Source of the DNA: Microbotryum violaceum
Taxonomy: Eukaryota
Direction of reading: 5' to 3'
DNA length: 64,000 nucleotides
NCBI GenBank assembly: GCA_001244265.2
Contig: CDLV01000007.1
Coordinates: 1,984,001 to 2,048,000 of the forward strand
Part shown: positions 62,480 to 64,000 of the stretch, piece by piece
Layout: every line of letters begins with the position of its first letter
How positions within the stretch are numbered: position 1 is the first letter of the stretch
Notes under the pieces: generated by a model
What the model was told of the DNA's origin: nothing
Database searches by the model: none
What the model saw: only the letters and a program-made list of their open reading frames with translations
Made by a program: the position numbers and the translations under genes

Positions 62480-64000
62480 ATGGTCAAAAGCAAGTCATCG
62501 GCCTCGTCCGGCACTCGCAAAAAGAATGCCGCCAAGAAGAAAGCTCGAGAGGCCCACGATGACGAAGGGGTCGAGGAGGAGGGCTCGATCGCCGGCGGCA
62601 CAGGACAGGCTGGGACGGGCAAGCAACCGATGCAGCGCGGTCAGAAGAAGGACAAGAAGGTCAAGAAGGATCGTTTCGCACCCATGGTCAAGTCGTACAT
62701 TCCACCTCCGCCTCCCCCCAAGGGAGTACCCGACCCGGTCGACGTTTGGCTCGCAGGTGGATCGGCCGTCGACGCCGAGCTCGTGGTAGTGTTGCGACGG
62801 CTGGCCAAGAAGGACGAAGCTACAATTATCAAGGGTATCGAAGGCCTCGAGATGTGGGTGCGAAAAGTCATCAAGGACGAAGCACAAGCCGTCGATGAGG
62901 ACGAGCAGTGGAAGCTCGATAAGCGCAGAGACGATCTGACTGCGAGTATGGACGTTTGGGTGAGTTCAACCACCCACACTCAAGTATAAGCCTGAATTAT
63001 ACGTCACATTTTCAACATCATGTCTGCCGTGGATGCTGTGCCGTATTACCTCCCGCTGCAAAAAAGGCTGACTCTCCGTGATCTATCCCCAGGCTCATCA
63101 TTTCAATCGCATCTCACTATATCCCTCACGCCGCCTTCGACTACAGGTCCATTCGCTTCACCAGCTGCTAACGTCGAAACCTCACCATCCTTCGCTGCTC
63201 CTCGCCTCGACCCGGTCGAGGCTGCTGGCGCCGAGCTGGCTGGAGCAGAAGGACTACGTCGGATCGTGGTGCTGCAGTACATTCGATGGCGACAGAGCAG
63301 TACGAAGCGCCGCTCGTCGGTCCTGGGACAGTGTCGTGCTACCGAACGATCAGAAGCTTGCATCAGCACGCGAGACGGACCAGGTCGAGGGAATAGATCT
63401 GCAGGAGCACGCCGAGAGCATTTTGGACTATGCCACTCGCCTGATCCTAACACCGCACTCTGTACCAAAAACAGGGGACGAATCTGACGACCCATCCTTA
63501 CTCAAAATGCAGGCTCTCTTGGCCATCTCTTCCCTCTTGTCGAGTCTTCCTTCGCCGTTACCGCTCTCGGAAACGGCCCTTGACTTCCTCACGAGTCAAG
63601 ATCTCTGGGAGCTCACCAAATCTTCCGAACCGGCCGCACTTCGACGAGCCTTGTACGAGTTGTTGGGTGCAGCGACTGGGCGCACTGATGACGAGCTGCT
63701 CGCCAAGAATGATGGGATCACGAGGATTGCCCACAGCGTGCTGAAGGAGTGCTGGGACGAGGATGAGGGATGGGCCGGCATTGTCTCGTTCTTGCGGCGC
63801 TATCCCCAAGCTTGGTCACTCGCCGACGAACCGGAAGCAAGTAAATTCAGGACTGACGATGGGGATTCGTCGAGTGACGGATTCAATTATGACGACGAGG
63901 ACGAGGAGCAAGCGGCCGAGAACAAGCACGTGGCCTCTCCATCGAAAGGTGTCACCACACCCAAAAAGCCCGATGCTTCTCCCGAGTTTCCGTCCCCTAC
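62480..64000 (+). CDS. LTN1: Listerin E3 ubiquitin ligase (RQC), 5' part; runs off the window
   Basis: MVKSKSSASSGTRKK...LRRLAKKDEATIIKGIEGL...W|AHHFNRISLYPSRRLR...GSWCCSTFDGDRAVRSAA resembles the Ltn1/Rkr1 N-terminal domain; intron 62960-63092 (GTGAGT, GCTGAC, CAG). Confidence 0.8.

Overview
Eukaryotic, intron-containing fungal DNA. The TCG-context mutation pattern, TE repertoire and gene models suggest a Pucciniomycotina basidiomycete such as Microbotryum (inference). Bases 1-43423 are a gene-free nest of Ty1/copia LTR retrotransposons from three families (here A, B, C), inserted into each other with several verified 5-bp TSDs. At its right edge the nest abuts the gag of a deleted chromodomain Ty3/gypsy element (43424-~45718). 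Next come a degenerate CxC/KDZ transposase (~47500-51690), an RWD-domain gene (GIR2-like, with a GC-AG intron), a hypothetical gene, a probable non-autonomous Helitron (~56118-60485) and the 5' part of LTN1/RKR1. The most notable signal is in the copia LTRs. All three families carry a tandem duplication at the U5 end whose extra copy forms a 68-72 nt GT...branch...AG intron. Removing it restores an intact LTR-end/PBS junction, and both long and short LTRs occur here. The duplicated copies are homogenised within each LTR, suggesting the intron is rebuilt during reverse transcription. Families A and B also share a near-invariant, structured 106-nt intron-like block in the IN-RT linker. All PBSs are half-tRNA(iMet) type and lack the ATG that a perfect complement would create. 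Splicing and mechanism are inferred, not shown.
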